Below, piece by piece: positions 62,401 to 64,000 of a stretch of 64,000 bases of DNA. The notes under the pieces were generated by a model. It had not been told where the DNA came from, did no database searches, and worked only from the letters and a program-made list of their open reading frames with translations. Each line of letters begins with the position of its first letter. Position 1 is the first letter of the stretch. The DNA lies in assembly GCF_009914755.1 (NCBI RefSeq), contig NC_060942.1; one strand, given 5' to 3'. Source of the DNA: the human T2T-CHM13v2.0 reference genome, Homo sapiens. Position numbers and translations under genes: made by a program.

Positions 62401-64000
62401 TAAAGGAGTAGAACCTTTCTATTGATAGAGAAGTTTTGAAACGCTCTTTTTGTGGAATCTCCAAGTGGATATTTGGCTAGTTTTGAGGATTTCGTTGGAA
62501 GCGGGAATTCATACAAATTGCAGACTGCAGCGTTCTGAGAAACATCTTTGTGATGTTTGTATTCAAGACACAGAGATGAACATTCCCTATCATAGAGCAT
62601 GTTGGAATCACTCCTTTTGTAGTATCTGGAAGTGGACATTTGGAGCGCTTTCAGGCCTATGTTGAAAAAGGAAATATCTTCCCATAACAACTAGACACAA
62701 GCATTCTCAGAAACTTGTTTGTGATGTGTGCCCTCTACTGACAGAGTTGAACCTTTCTTTTCATAGAGCAGTTTTGAAACACTCTTTTATAGAATCCGCA
62801 AGAGGATATTTGCATAGCTTTGAGGATTTCGTGGGAAACGGGATTGTCTTCAGGTAAAATGTAGACAGAAGCATTCTCAGAAACTTCTTTGGGATGTTTG
62901 CATTCAAGTCACAGAGTAGAACATTCCCTTTGGTAGAGCAGGTTTGAAACACTCTTTTTGTAGTATCTGGAAGTGGACATTTGGAGCGCTTTCAGGCCCA
63001 TGTTGGAAAGGGAAATATCTTCCCGTAACAACTAGGCAGAAGCATTCTCAGAAACTTTTTTGAGATGTGTGTACTCAACTAAGAGAATTGAACCACCGTT
63101 TTGAAGGAGCAGTTTTGAAACCCTCTTTTTCTGGAATCTGCAAGAGTATATTTGCCTAGCCTTGAGGATTTCGTTGGAAACGGGATTGTCTTCAGATAAA
63201 ATCTAGACAGAAGCATTCTCAGAAACTTCTTTGGGATGTTTGTATTCAAGTCACAGAGTAGAATATTCCCTTTGGTAGAGCAGGTTTGAAACACTCTTTT
63301 TTTAGTATATGGAAGTGGACATTTGGAGCGCTTTCAGGCCTACGTTGGAAAAGGAAATATCTTCCCATAACAACTAGACAGAAGCATTCTCAGAAACTAG
63401 TTTCTGATGTGTGTCCTCAACTAACACAGTTGTACATTTCTTTAGACAGAACAGTTTTGAAACACTCTTTTTGTGGAATCTGCAAGTGGATATTTGGCTA
63501 GATTTGAGGATTTCGTTGGAAACGGGATTACATATAAAAAGCAGACAGCAGCATTCTCAGAAAGTTCTTTGTGATGATTGCATTCAAGTCACAGAATTGA
63601 ACATTCCCTTTCACAGAGCAGGTTTGAAACACTCTTTTTGTAGTGTGTGTAAGTGGACATTTGGAGCGCTTTCCGGCCTAAGGTGAAAAAGGAAATATCT
63701 TCCCATAAAAACTAGACAGAAGCATTCTCAGAAACTTACTCGTGATGTGTGTCCTCAACTAAAGGAGTAGAACCTTTCTATTCATAGAGAAGTTTTGAAA
63801 CGCTCTTTTTGTGGAATCTCCAAGTGGATATTTGGCTAGTTTTGAGGATTTCGTTGGAAGCGGGAATTCATACAAATTGCAGACTGCAGCGTTCTGAGAA
63901 ACATCTTTGTGATGTTTCTATTCAGGACACAGAGATGAACATTCCCTATCATAGAGCAGGTTGGAATCACTCCTTTTGTAGTATCTGGAAGTGGACATTT
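59461..64000 (+). repeat. 2-HOR (2719 bp) tandem duplication, truncated by the window end
   Basis: Shared rare variants at offset 2719: 59461/62180, 60070/62789, 60142/62861, 60545/63264 and 61199/63918. Confidence 0.88.

Larger units (their letters stand above)
1..64000 (+). repeat. Alpha-satellite HOR array, SF2 dimeric family, 1360-bp 8-mer; probably human chr18 active centromeric array D18Z1
   Basis: ~171-bp monomers with alphoid motifs (CATTCTCAGAAAC, TTTGAAACACTCTTTTTG, GTGGACATTTGGAGCGCTTT) run end to end, and ORFs recur every 1360 bp. SF2-type features include GAGGATTTCGTTGGAAACGGG and CATTCAAGTCACAGAG. The chr18 call rests on recalled D18Z1 motifs (ATGTGTGTCCTCAACTAAAG, GAATTCATACAAATTGCAGACTGCAG, TGGGAAACGGGATTGTCTTC) and the 1.36-kb EcoRI period. 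The alphoid call is near certain; the chromosome call is about 0.85. Confidence 0.98.

Noticed and set aside
186-63686. Recurrent 60-100 aa ORFs on both strands
   Set aside because: They are translations of satellite monomers recurring every 1360 bp. They overlap in opposing frames, are freely broken by stops and frameshifts, and show no recognisable domain or gene structure.
1-64000. CRISPR-like repeat/spacer pattern
   Set aside because: There are no unique spacers, the intervening sequence is itself repeated, the period is ~171 bp, and no cas genes are present.
1-64000. Hidden L1/Alu insertion, inversion or non-satellite island
   Set aside because: EcoRI spacing is 1358-1360 bp throughout except one 1022-bp unit, leaving no room for an insertion. 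All CENP-B boxes seen are in the same orientation.
1-64000. Assignment to other 8-mer arrays (chr10/12 SF1; chr14/22 or chr20 SF2)
   Set aside because: SF1 hallmarks (CAGACCTCTTTGAGGCCTTCG) are absent and recalled chr18 motifs are present. Other SF2 arrays are disfavoured but not formally excluded without an HOR-HMM or BLAST search.

Overview
The whole 64 kb is primate centromeric alpha-satellite: a head-to-tail, single-orientation higher-order repeat (HOR) array of suprachromosomal family 2 (dimeric, alternating CENP-B-box and A-box monomers). The canonical unit is an 8-monomer, 1360-bp HOR (box-to-box spacings 167,171,171,171,171,171,167,171) with one EcoRI site. I count 48 EcoRI sites (291 to 63864), i.e. 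46 8-mers plus one 1022-bp 6-mer. Diagnostic motifs recalled from memory point to the human chromosome 18 active array D18Z1; this was not checked against a database. I saw no genes, transposon insertions, inversions or CRISPR array, and the ORF track is an artefact of the repeat. I found no new biological system. The information lies in the variant pattern: a recent ~16.3/15.0-kb tandem super-HOR duplication with one HOR gained or lost, older 8-, 3-, 2- and 1-HOR duplications, a 6-mer with a mappable crossover, signs of conversion between monomers, clustered loss of CENP-B boxes, and a perfect 18-bp palindrome in each HOR. All variant calls were made by eye and may be incomplete.
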